Below are positions 53,266 to 64,000 of a DNA stretch of 64,000 nucleotides, piece after piece. Below the pieces are notes generated by a model. That model ran no database searches. It was not told the DNA's origin and was given only the letters and a program-made list of their open reading frames with translations. Every line of letters begins with the position of its first letter. Positions within the stretch are counted from its first letter, which is position 1. Source of the DNA: an uncultured Desulfobacter sp. Its GTDB lineage: Bacteria; Desulfobacterota; Desulfobacteria; Desulfobacterales; Desulfobacteraceae. The position numbers and the translations under genes are program-made. The DNA lies in NCBI GenBank assembly GCA_963665095.1, contig OY762069.1, positions 3,296,001 through 3,360,000 on the forward strand. The letters are read 5' to 3'.

Positions 53266-56200
53266 TGAAGTGGACCCCATGTCAAGACCGATTTTAACGT
53301 TTTTTAAGTGAGAATGATCACAAAAAATCATGGAAAAATTAAAGATAATTTGCAAGATATGCCAGGGATGAGGCAGAAGCTCCCCCGTTTATCTCGCAAA
53401 TAATCAATGGAACTTCTGCCCCTATTACCCTAACAGGGCAGGAGATATGCTATCAGAACTTATTAAAAACAAAAATCTTTTTTTCCATCTTTACGAAATC
53501 GATAAAAATACAGCAAAACAGTACAGACAGTTGCCTTGTCCGCATTGTGGAGGCCCCTTATATTTCAGCAATTACATGCGCAAGCCCCGGGGAGAGCCTG
53601 AGGGCGTGCCGGAGGAATTCTTTATTCAGTTCAGCCTATGTTGTGGAACCGAAGGGTGTCGCAAAAGATTGATGCCGCCGTCCTGCCGTTTTCTGGGGAG
53701 AAAAGTCTACTGGTTTGCAGTTATTCTGTGTGTTTTAACAGACTGGCAAAATACCAATGAAAAAATCACCGTTTATGATTTGTCCATACGAACTGGCATT
53801 AGCCGGAACACAATAAACCGCTGGCTTGCCTTTTTTCAGGATACATTTCCAGTGAGCCGAACCTGGCGAAGGCTTCGGGGGCAGATATCCGCTGGTGTCA
53901 GTAACAGCCGTCTGCCGTCAAGTTTCATCAATTATTGCCGGGCGGTGAAATCCAACGCCGAAAACGCACTTGTATCAAGCCTGATAATCTTATCAGGCGG
54001 GTCCAAAATCAGGGCCGGATAATCTCGCGCAGAGGATGAACATAGACAAATATATGCAGGCTGTTTTACCACCTGATTTCAGACGTTGATCCGAAATTTT
54101 AACCTGAAATTAAAAAGGAGCCTGATTTATGAGTGGTAAAACACAGCACCCGGCAGACCTGTGGGCATTATTTCGCTTTTCGGTTATCGGCGGTTTACTG
54201 GCACGCCCTCCGGCAAAGGGAGAGTTGCAAAATGAACTGACCCGGCTCGCAGGTCAAATCTATTCTCATCCTGTGACGAACAAACCGACCTGTTTTCATT
54301 TTTCCACAATTGAGGCCTGGTATTACAGGGCAAAAAATTGCCAGGACCCAATTCTGGCTCTGGGCCGTAAAGTTCGTTCAGATATGGGCAAATCCACAGC
54401 ATTGAATGCTGAATTGATCCGCCTTCTTGGTGTCCAGTACAACACTTATCCGCAATGGAGCTATCAGCTTCATTGCGACAACCTGGCAGCTGAAATCGCT
54501 GAACAGGGCCTGTGTGAGAATCCGCCGTCCTATGCAAGTGTGAGAAGGCGTATGGTTGAACGGGGTTGGAGAAAAAAGGCTTCCAAGAACAAAAATCAAA
54601 CATCCGGACAGAAATCAGCTTTTAAGCGATTAGAAACGTATGAAGTCCGTAGTTATGAAACCGAAAACATCCATGAATTATGGCATCTGGACTTTCACGA
54701 ATGCAGCAGGCGCGTGGTGGACGAAAAAGGTCAGTGGCATACGCCCAAGGCATTGTGCATTCTTGATGATCGCTCCCGTCTGTGTTGTCATATTCAATGG
54801 TATTTGAATGAAACGGCAGAGGTTTTGATCCACGGCTTGTCCCAGGCGTTTTACAAAAGAGGGCTTCCCAGAGCCTTGATGACAGATAATGGTTCTGCCA
54901 TGATTGCTCATGAAACCGGCAACGGACTTAAACGATTGGGCGTCAGTCATGAGACCACGTTGCCATACTCGCCCTATCAAAATGGGAAGCAGGAAGCCTT
55001 TTGGGGTACACTTGAAGGCCGTTTGATCGCCATGCTGAGCCGGATGGATTCTTTGACCCTGGTATATTTAAATCAGGTCTCCCAGGCCTGGATCGAGATG
55101 GAATACAACAAGTCAACCCATGATGAAATTCATATGTCGCCATTGCAATGCGCCCTTGACGGCAAGGATGTGTCACGTCCTGCACCGGAACCTGAACAGC
55201 TTCAATTTTCGTTTACAGCCTGTGAATCCAGAAAACAGCGTCTGTCCGATGGTACCATCTCTTTGATGGGCATCCGGTTTGAAATCCCTTCACGGTTTAA
55301 TCATATCCAGCGTCTTCATGTCTGTTTTTGCTCCTGGGATAAATCGGTTGCCTGGCTGATAGATAAACGAACCGGAAATAAGCTTGCCGCAATTTATCCC
55401 CAGGACAAGACAAAGAATGCTTCAGCAATCCGTCGTATCAAATCCACTCCGGATGAAATTAACCCTGGCCATGAAACCCTGTCCGGATCAGAACCGGCCC
55501 TGCTTAAAAAGCTCTTGTCCGATTATGCAGCAACCGGAATGCCTTGTGCCTACTTGCCAATGGAGGAAAAGTGATGAACAGCAAACGATTATTGGCTTAT
55601 TATGGATTGAAGTACAATCCTTTTTTACCAAATATTCCTGTGGACTCATTATGGCATCCACCCCGGATGGAGGCATTTATTACACGCCTTGAAAATATGA
55701 CCATGAACGGTGGATTTGCATTAATCGCCGGTGAACCCGGTCTTGGCAAATCCAAGACACTACAGGCGATTGCCCATCAGCTTGGCAAGCTTGATGAAGT
55801 CGTTGTCGGCGTTATGGAGCGCCCCCAAAGCAGCGTGGCCGATTTCTATCGGGAAATGGGGACACTGTTTGGTGTCAATTTGAGTCCGGCCAACCGTTAC
55901 GGAGGGTTCAAAGATCTGCGGCAACGATGGAAAAATCATATTAAAACAACCCTGTTCAGACCCGTCCTGCTCATTGATGAGGCTCAGGAAATGCTTACCG
56001 GATGCCTGAATGAGCTTCGGTTGCTCAACAGTATGGATTTTGACTCCCAGAATTTATTGACCACCATTATCTGTGGTGATACCCGGCTGCCGGAACGGTT
56101 CAGAACCAGTGCATTGGTAGCCCTGGGGAGTCGACTCCGGTTCCGGTTAAAATTGGATCCTTATACCCGGGAAGAATTGTTGGATTATATAGCGCATTGC

Positions 56201-58336
56201 CTAAATCAGGCCGGAGCTCCTCAACTCATGACAAAACCTTTAATCACCGCTTTGGTAGAGCACTGTACAGGAAACTTACGGGTCCTCAATAATATGTCGG
56301 CAGAACTGCTTGAAGTGGGCGTTCAAAGAGAGCTGCCGCAACTGGATGAGAAACTTTTCATAGAGCTTTTTTCACTGAAACCGTCGCCAACCAGATAAGA
56401 GGTATAAAAATGACAATCAATGAAACACAACTTGAAAAAACAATGGCTGAAATTGTCGACGAGCTGGGCAATCTGGTCATGGAGTTGATCCTTGTCAGTT
56501 TAAAAAAAATAAACTCGGAAAATCATCTTTTGACAGAATTGCTGGAGATCAAACAAGAGGAACAAAGAGAAAATGAATTTTATGGTTTTGGTGAAACGGA
56601 GCCGGGACATCCTGGGGAGGAAACCCGGCAAGGGATAGCCAAAAGCAGGTAGCATTGAATAATGCGCCGGGGGAAGCGGGGTTGACCTGCTTCCCCTTTC
56701 TGTATTATTCAAGCTTTCCTGCTCATGCCTTAAAAAACCCAATAAAATCAGTCGGAGCGCAGCGACATCTGCTAATCATTGAAAATACAGTTATGCCTTT
56801 CCCTGATTTATCCTGATTGTCGCTCCATTGATTATCGTGCTTCCTCTCATTTAAGCTACATTTTCTCTGTTTCTAATTTCGAATCAGCCTGTTAAAGACC
56901 CTCTTTTCCGGCATATTTTTCTTGATATTTAATACCGCTATGTTATCCTCCCGCCGCCAACCCGGAGGATAGGGCAATGCTGGGAAGCAACCTGAGCGCC
57001 GTGGCTGGCGACGAAGACATGGGGGCAGTATACGTTTAATGTATGCTGTCCTTCCCCCATGTTTTTGTCCTTAATGCGTTAAATCCTCGCGCCTTAGCGC
57101 GAAATCAATACCCCGTAGGGCCGCCGGAGGCATCAGGCCTTTCCTTTAAGCCGCTCGATAGACCGAAAACGGCACCTTATACCCCAGGGCTGAATGAAGT
57201 CTCTCCCGATTATAAAACCCGATAAACGCTTTTAACGATTGCTGAGCCTCTCTTACCGTTCTGTAGTCCTTCAAATAGACTTCTTCGTATTTAATCGTTC
57301 TCCACAGCCGTTCCACAAAAACGTTGTCCAAGGCTCTGCCCTTTGAATCCATGCTGATTTTGATGTTTTTAGCCTGGAGTATCTTCAAAAATTTTAATGA
57401 AGTGAACTGACTACCCTGGTCAGTGTTGAAAATCTCAGGTGTCGATACAATCAATGCCTCCTCAAGGGCCTCAATACAAAATGTATTCTCAAGGGTGTTA
57501 CTGAGGCGCCATGAAAGGACATATCTGCTAAACCAATCCATAACCGCCGATAAGTACATAAATCCGTTTCCAATTCTAATGTATGTGATATCTGTACTCC
57601 ATACCTGATCTGGCCTGTCAATTACGGCATTTTTCAGCAAATAGGGGTAAACTTTATGGCTTTCATCCCTCCTTGTTGTTTTAGGTCCTGGGTAAATCGC
57701 TTCTATTCTCATCAGCTTCATCAGGCGCTGTACTCGTTTCCTGCTTACCGGATACCCCATATTGTTCAGCCAGGCTGTAAGCCTACGGCTTCCATAAAAG
57801 GGGGTTTTGGTATGCTGCTCATCAAGCAGATCCATAAGGGTTAATGTATACGGGCTTATGGCTACCGGCCTGTAATACAACGCCCCTTTTGAAACCTGAA
57901 GCAGTTCACACTGCCGGTTAATGCTGATGGAAGGATGTTGTTTATCTATCAACCCCCTTCTGTCAGAGATTGATTGTATTAACCTTTTTTTTTAACCAGT
58001 CATTCTCAACTTCGAGCTGACCGATTTTCTTATATAATTCGTCTATTAGATTCTGAGTATCATTTGGGCTTTTCTTTTTCGCTGATGAAAACAACGTCGG
58101 AAGACCCTCTATCGCTTCTTTCTTCCATCTGTTTAACATAGTTCGATGAACCTGGTATTTGGATGACAACTCCGCAAGAGTTTCATTTTCTCGAATCACA
58201 TCAACTACAACTTTAGCTTTGAACTTTCCGGTATAATTTTTTCTCATGGACCTCCTTTTTCGGTACAAATTTGAACCGGGTTTTTATCACCTCATATGTA
58301 CCTTAGCAACTGGTTCAAATTTCGGGGTCCATTATA
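53266..58336 (-). mobile_element. IS3-family element, copy 2 (orfA 57963-58247, orfB to 57146), containing nested transposon B
   Basis: Same ends as copy 1; 3-bp duplication ATC inside intI. Confidence 0.92.
53309..56849 (+). mobile_element. Transposon type B, copy 2 (ORFs 53447-54022, 54129-55574, 55571-56398, 56410-56652)
   Basis: Matches 24126-27666; 6-bp duplication TTTAAG within the IS3 end. Confidence 0.92.
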
Positions 58337-58827
58337 ATCGCCTTGAGGTGAAATATAAAAATGCGCCCAGAGAATTAACCTGGCAATGGTTTTTTCCTGC
58401 AAAAGAGCTGACTTTTGTGGCGGATTCCAACGAATACCGCAGATATCATCTTCATGAAACCCATGTTCAGAAGGCTATAAAAAGAGCAGTCAGGAAATCA
58501 AAAATCATTAAGCGGGCAACAGCCCATACCTTCCGGCATAGTTTTGCAAGTCATCTGCTCCAGGCAAATTACGATATCAGAACGATTCAAGAACTTTTAG
58601 GGCATAGTGACGTTAGAACGACCATGATTTATACACACACAGTAAAATCAAAAACATTGAAAGAAATCAAAAGCCCATTGGATCTCTGAAACGCATTCAA
58701 TTCTTGAAAAAAAGCAATCTAACGGCAAGCACTAATGGTATTGATGAACGCTTTTTTCGAAATTTTCAAGACACCATATATTGTGTCTGTTTTTGAACGC
58801 CTATAATAAATTTAATTTGGAGATTAA

Positions 58828-60144
58828 CAGTAGTGTCCGGTTAGGTTTTTGCTTGCGCTGTACTTGTGATTTTTTGATCTTTGACAATATTGTCTCTGTT
58901 TAAACCCTCAGTCGCACCCTAGTTCTGCTCGATCAGATCATTCAAGATGGCTGTTCTTAGCTGTCGAACCCTTTTAACAGAAACCTTCTCGTTAAATTCG
59001 TCTCGGCAATAGATTGCCAGCAACAGGTACGTGATGAGGCCACTAAGGATTTGCACCATGAGGCCATATTCACTACGGGCAATGAGGTGGTAAACTTTCA
59101 GGTGCTCTTTCCACCATTTGAAAAAATCTTCAATGGTCCACCGGAGTTTATAAACGGTCGCTATTTGTTCTGCTGTTAAATCATGCCTGTCCGTTGCCAC
59201 ATAGTATTTCACACCGGCAATTTTATAGCCAACAACCCGAACCGGCATTTTCGTCTGGTTTTGATTCGGAGTGCCAAGAAGAACCAGAGCGTCATAAAAG
59301 ATGTAACTGTCAGCGTTGACTTCGTGAGTATCAATTACCGTTCTGGTTGTTTTGGCTTTTATACGGCAAACAAAATGCTTGCCCTGCGCCTGAAGCAGAT
59401 CAAAATCGTGATGTGATTGATAACCACGATCCATGACACCAGTTTGCCCTTTGGAAAGTATCTTTGGAACAAAAGGACGCTCAGCTCCATTGCCCTCTGT
59501 CAGAAATATTTTGTTTGGAATGCCGTGATTAATATCAAATCCGCAATGTGCTTTGGCTTTCTTGCTTCCTTTCCTGTAGTTGGCCCAATGCATTGAAAGA
59601 ACAGCATTTATAAGACTGCCGTCAATGGATACCAGATCGCCCAACTCAGCATGCTCCTTTGGTAGACACCCAACAGCCTGTTTATAAAGGTCTTCGAACA
59701 AAAATTGCAGTTGTTCAAGCCCTCGGTGGTTGACTGCTTCGCAAAAGCTACTGCGGCTGATACCGCCTTCCGGAGCAATATGTTCTTTGGCAAAAATATT
59801 TTCCTTGAGATCTTGGACTAAATGCCGGGCTGATTTGTGTTCCTGCAGATGGAAATAAATCAGGGCATTTATCTGGTCTTCGAATGTCATTTTTAACGGT
59901 CGGTCTCCTCGAGATTTCAATTCTGGTGCTTGTGGAAACGACCTTATCAGAGGGTCACGAAACTTGTCAAAATTCAGGGACTGTATTGTGGCTTTGGTAA
60001 TTGAAATGCGCGTCATTTGGGCTCCTTGATAAAATTTTTCAAGGCGCGCAAAAATTTTTACGCACATTTGTCAACATAAAAATGACGTTTTTTTGAATAA
60101 TTTTAGATGTTTTTTATATGCAACAACCTAACCGGACACTACTG
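58828..60144 (-). mobile_element. IS4-family element, copy 2 (transposase 58919-60016, premature TAG removes 26 aa)
   Basis: Same IRs as copy 1; 9-bp duplication GGAGATTAA. Confidence 0.93.
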
Positions 60145-60213
60145 GGAGATTAAGCATCTCCTGTAAAAAAAATGCAACAGAGCATGAGGTCCCCCTTCGT
60201 TTGGCTACGTCCC

Positions 60214-60424
60214 TCCAGTGGAGGACCATCTGCCTGTAAGAGAGCGTTAGGGATTCGTTTGCTACAAATTCTTAATGCAGCGTAGCGTTAAGAACTGCGC
60301 TCGAAGAGAAGCTTATGCTTACAACTGTTTGAGGACCAACTGGACCGCAGTTTTTGCAGTTTAGCGCAGCAAATTTAGAAGTTGTACAAACGGATTTCAG
60401 CGAACGACAGACAGGTGGTCTGGA
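60214..60424. repeat. Long imperfect inverted repeat (~210 bp)
   Basis: GACCATCTGCCTGT/ACAGACAGGTGGTC, GATTCGTTTG-CTACAAATTCT/AGAAGTTGTA-CAAACGGATT, CTGCGCT/AGCGCAG. Confidence 0.6.
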
Positions 60425-60629
60425 ACGGGTTGAACCGCAGATTTGCATTCAACTTTATTGAAGATTAACCATATTTTTACATGCGATTGCCCTGGGGTAA
60501 ACAAAAAAACGCTTTTGACAAAAAAAATGGACGTTTTTGATATCCGGGTCTGATCCTCAGGGCCTATAGTCATTGTAACATTTATTATTCGTCAGATATG
60601 ACAAGACACTTGAGTGAAACTATAATGCC

Positions 60630-61646
60630 ATGAAAAAAATACCTGAAATCCGCCATTCATGGGCACGGCTCTATTCGCTTCTGAGAATGGATCCGGCCGG
60701 GGATGTCCTGGTAACGGCTGTTAAACAAAAAATATTTGACCATCTTAGGAAACCTGAGCCTGCGGACCGGATTGCCCGGCTGTTGAACTCCCATCCCGGC
60801 AATACCAGTGTTTTTCTCAATGCACTGGCCGGTGTGGGGGTCATTCACAAAAAAAACGGGCAGTTTTCCAACACGCCTGAAAGTGATGCCTTTCTGGTCA
60901 GTACAAGCCCGTCGTACCTGGGGCCGTTTTTCTGCCGGGTCCGGAATTTTTTCACACGGTGCCGGTCCCCGGAACATATAGAATCGTTGCTCATGAACGG
61001 CCCGGCAAATAGCATGGCCACCAGGGATGATTCCGAGTGGGTGGCCTATACCCGGCAGGCCTCGGCCCACCAGTTTTGCGGCCCTGCACAGAGAACGGCA
61101 GAATTTCTGGCTTCCCTGCCTGAATTTCCGGGCATGAAGAAAATGCTTGATCTCGGGGGCGGGGCGGGGTTTTACACCATGTTAACGGTCATGGCCCATA
61201 AAACCATGACAGGTGTTGTTTTTGATCTTCCCCCGGTTGTTGCGGTCGCCCGTGAATTCATCAGGGAGTACGGGTTTTCAGACCGGGTATCCACCATGGG
61301 AGGCGATTACACAAAAGACCCCTTGGGCGATTCCTATGACCTGGTTTATGCCGGGGGCACGTTCAACTTTGCAAAGGCCCATATTGATACGGTTTTTCAA
61401 AAAATATATGCAGCCCTTAACCCTGGGGGTGTTTTTATATCCCAGCATGGCTCAGTTTCCAAAGACCGGAATGAGCCAGGCGATCAGACCCTGGATTTTT
61501 TGTTTGATGAACTTAGCGGGATGGATATCTTTTTCCCCAAAGGCATGATTGCCAAAGCAATGACCCGTGCAGGTTTCAAGGCCGTCACCAGCACAGTCCA
61601 AAAAAGTGAGTTTGGTGGCGCGGAAATTGACATTGCAAGAAAATAG
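60630..61646 (+). CDS. O-methyltransferase family 2 protein with dimerisation domain
   Basis: LDLGGGAG, VFDLP, GGDY, LNPGG. Confidence 0.88.
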   Translation: MKKIPEIRHSWARLYSLLRMDPAGDVLVTAVKQKIFDHLRKPEPADRIARLLNSHPGNTSVFLNALAGVGVIHKKNGQFSNTPESDAFLVSTSPSYLGPFFCRVRNFFTRCRSPEHIESLLMNGPANSMATRDDSEWVAYTRQASAHQFCGPAQRTAEFLASLPEFPGMKKMLDLGGGAGFYTMLTVMAHKTMTGVVFDLPPVVAVAREFIREYGFSDRVSTMGGDYTKDPLGDSYDLVYAGGTFNFAKAHIDTVFQKIYAALNPGGVFISQHGSVSKDRNEPGDQTLDFLFDELSGMDIFFPKGMIAKAMTRAGFKAVTSTVQKSEFGGAEIDIARK

Positions 61647-61656
61647 GACCAGAGAA

Positions 61657-62871
61657 ATGATGATGACTAAACTCTCCTGCCGCAAACCACCCCTTGTTTT
61701 CCTGTTTGCACTGATTTTTATTCTTTTGGTTTCAAAAAGTGCCCTATGTTCCGACACCGATTTTACCACAATTAAAGACCATAGGGATAAATCCGTCAGG
61801 ATTCCCAGCACCATAAACCGGGTGGCAACCATCAGCGACGGTATGATCGCCCAGGTGATGACCTGTTTCGGCGTGGCCGGAAAAATTGTTGCCGCAGGTT
61901 CTGAATGCATCCCGCGGACATGGGCGCCCACCTATCCGGGAACCGGGGGAAAAACAGTTTCATACCATGGAGGCATGAATACGGTGACCTATCTGAATCC
62001 GCGGCTAATGGAGATTCCACTTATTGCAAAATACGGCTCTGCCATCAACTATGAAAAACTGGCAACTCTTAAACCCGATCTTCTCATTGCGCGCATGGGG
62101 TCATGTACCCTTTCTTCAGGCCGGGATGTGGTTAGAAAAAGCCTTGATCTTGTGGAGTCCTTAGGAATACCGGTGGTGATGCTGTCCGGTGAGCAAGCCG
62201 CAAAGGTCCCCGACGTTTCAGGCATGTACCGTGAAATCAGCCTTTTGGGAAAGGTGTTCGGCAAAGAAGTGCAGGCCGGTCAATTAATTGATTTCCTGGA
62301 ACAGACCCTTGGATTTATCAAGAACCGCACAGACCGTATCCCGAATGCTGATAAAAAAAGAGTCCTGTTGCTGGGGCTTTCCCCCAGAGCCAGAAGTGAC
62401 GGTGCCGCAGGACATACAAAAGGTACCGGCACCCTTCAGGGCATTTTTTTAAGCCAGTTTGTCAATGCCGCCAATGCCTATGAAGGCCCGGGGGCGTGGG
62501 CTGTTTTAAATGCGGAACAGATCCTTTCCATGGATCCTGATGTCATCATACTTATTACAGACTGGGGGTACCATCCCCCACAGGAACTTTACGATGCTTC
62601 TTATTACAAGAGTCTTAGACATCTTAAGGCCGTGAAAAACCGTTGTGTGGCCTCGCTTCCCTTCACCCCCTGCAATTGCGAAAAAAGACTTGAATTCCCT
62701 GTCGACATCATGGTTATGGCCAAAACAGCCTATCCCCGGCTGTTTGAGGATATAGACCTTGGCGACTGGATTCTTAAATTTTATCAGGACCTTTACGGCG
62801 TTGACGCCCAAACTGCAAAGGAACTTATGTGCTGCCAGTTTTTGGACTGGACCTTATCCAGTAAAAATTAA
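61657..62871 (+). CDS. ABC transporter substrate-binding protein (iron-siderophore/cobalamin type)
   Basis: Signal peptide, TIKDHRDKSVRIP, NYEKLATLKPDL, EQILSMDPDVI, LKAVKN. Confidence 0.85.
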   Translation: MMMTKLSCRKPPLVFLFALIFILLVSKSALCSDTDFTTIKDHRDKSVRIPSTINRVATISDGMIAQVMTCFGVAGKIVAAGSECIPRTWAPTYPGTGGKTVSYHGGMNTVTYLNPRLMEIPLIAKYGSAINYEKLATLKPDLLIARMGSCTLSSGRDVVRKSLDLVESLGIPVVMLSGEQAAKVPDVSGMYREISLLGKVFGKEVQAGQLIDFLEQTLGFIKNRTDRIPNADKKRVLLLGLSPRARSDGAAGHTKGTGTLQGIFLSQFVNAANAYEGPGAWAVLNAEQILSMDPDVIILITDWGYHPPQELYDASYYKSLRHLKAVKNRCVASLPFTPCNCEKRLEFPVDIMVMAKTAYPRLFEDIDLGDWILKFYQDLYGVDAQTAKELMCCQFLDWTLSSKN

Positions 62872-62903
62872 GTATTTCAGAAAAAGAACCGCCCAAACCC
62901 AAA

Positions 62904-63867
62904 ATGAAAAGCACAATTGGGCTCAGACCCAGATATAATTTCAGTGACATCATCGGAGAGAGCCCCAGCCTTAAAAAGACCATGGAAACAGCAAAATTTC
63001 TGGCCCTCAGCAAAGAAAATATTCTGCTGACCGGTGAGAGCGGCTCTGGTAAGGAGCTGTTTGAACTGTGCCGCATTTCCCCGCAGCCTGATTGAAAGCG
63101 AACTGTTCAGGTACGAGCAGGATGCTTTTACCGGCGCGGAAAAAAGACGGACGTCCCGGAAAGATCGAGCTTGCCAACGGGGCACACTTTTTCTGGATGA
63201 AATCGGGGATATGCCCATTGATATCCAGGCCATCCTGCTTCGTGTGCTTCAGGACCGGCAGCTGGTTCGCATTGGCAGTGTCAAATGCCGGCATGTGGAT
63301 ATCTGTGTGATTGCCGCCACCAATCAGAATCTGAAGCAGTTGATTGAGGAAAAAAAATTCAGACAGGATCTGTATTTCCGGCTGTCAGTGCTCTCCTTGC
63401 CGGTTCCGCCTTTAAGGGAGCACCATGGAGATGTGGAGCTGCTGACACAGTTCTTTTTAGAAACCTATTGCAAAGAAAATGATCTGCCCGTGCCTGTGAT
63501 GGATACCCGGGTGCAGGCGCTGTTCAGTGCAAACCAATGGCCCGGCAACGTCAGGGAGCTGGAAAATGCAGTCAAATAGTGTGTAAATATGTCCAGGGGC
63601 AATACCATCCGGCTGGAACATGTCCCGGAGGATATTCACAAGGGAACAAGCAGCTTCTGTGTCGGGCCGGAACCGGTTAAAAGCAGTGACCCTTTTCTGG
63701 AGCAGACAGATGCAACCTGTCTGCCGTATTTAAAAGAGATTGAAGCCCTTTATGTTGCAAAGACATTGGAAGCAACAAACCATAACATGACCCGGGCGGC
63801 TGCCCTGCTGGGGATCAGCAAGACCACACTTTATCGGCGGATAAAGGGGCAGCAGGGTCACCTCTGA
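62904..63867 (+). pseudogene. Sigma-54-dependent Fis-family regulator, fragmented
   Basis: GESGSGKE, ESELF...AFTGA, LFLDEIG, WPGNVRELEN and HTH LGISKTTLYR spread over several frames, with a deletion and an internal stop. Confidence 0.88.
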
Positions 63868-64000
63868 AAAGGCCGAGCCTGAGCATTTTAATTGCCCTTA
63901 AGAACCAGGCCAAGTTTTCTTGACAATGCAGCTCCTGTTTATATATTTATTTTCATGACTTTTTATATTGTAACTGATTCCCACTTTCCAACTTTAATTT

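Larger units (their letters stand above)
52309..58689 (+). pseudogene. intI: Integron integrase with extended N-terminus; frameshift at ~53018 and IS3/transposon B insertion
   Basis: ASSQNQAFNALLF, PVVLSREEV, LYGCGLR, GKGKKDR; rejoined IntI-specific insert [48 protein letters not shown]. Confidence 0.93.

Noticed and set aside
58246..58689. Stand-alone 147-aa integrase ORF
   Set aside because: It starts inside IS3; it is the C-terminal fragment of the interrupted intI.
2613..60144. 57-kb composite transposon formed by the two inverted IS4 copies around the integron
   Set aside because: Copy 2 has its own 9-bp duplication on both sides and the outer flanks do not match, so the copies inserted independently.
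60460..60495. Possible IS terminus remnant (...ATGCGATTGCCCTG)
   Set aside because: No partner end or transposase in the window, so it cannot be supported from this sequence.
1..64000. tRNA, rRNA or CRISPR arrays
   Set aside because: None recognised by eye; a tRNAscan/Infernal run would be needed to exclude them formally.

Overview
The window is dominated by a ~55-kb integron, probably from a Desulfobacterales-like deltaproteobacterium (inferred from gene content only). intI lies on + at 52309-58689 and is broken by a frameshift, an IS3 and a transposon nested in that IS3. attI is at ~52180, and a minus-strand cassette array with about 14 attC sites runs left to ~3930, where an IS4 truncates it. 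The cassettes are rich in defence-type genes: Hachiman hamAB, an Hna-like helicase-nuclease, a TIR-domain protein, a methyltransferase + TIR/Mrr pair, a nucleoside deoxyribosyltransferase-like protein, Fic, RhuM and a DUF6615-like nuclease. Many are interrupted by mobile elements. These comprise 2x IS4, 2x IS21 with two extra genes, 2x IS3, two different DDE+ExeA-ATPase transposons in two copies each, a group IIC-attC intron and three IS91-like HUH-transposase units. The most interesting signal is that two IS91-like units also carry a tyrosine recombinase and are built like self-contained integron cassettes (G|TTCAAG...CTTGAAC-hairpin-G|TT). They have their own type of attC-like hairpin and sit at GTT sites, one inside an ORF and one inverted in the R'' box of an attC. 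A third, recombinase-less unit has a canonical attC and an in-frame UGA at a zinc-ligand Cys followed by a SECIS-like hairpin. A covarying structured-RNA motif is shared by three unrelated transposons. The flanks hold eroded corrinoid/methyltransferase genes (left) and a methyltransferase, an ABC substrate-binding protein and a sigma-54 regulator pseudogene (right). Family names come from motif recognition; no database search was run.
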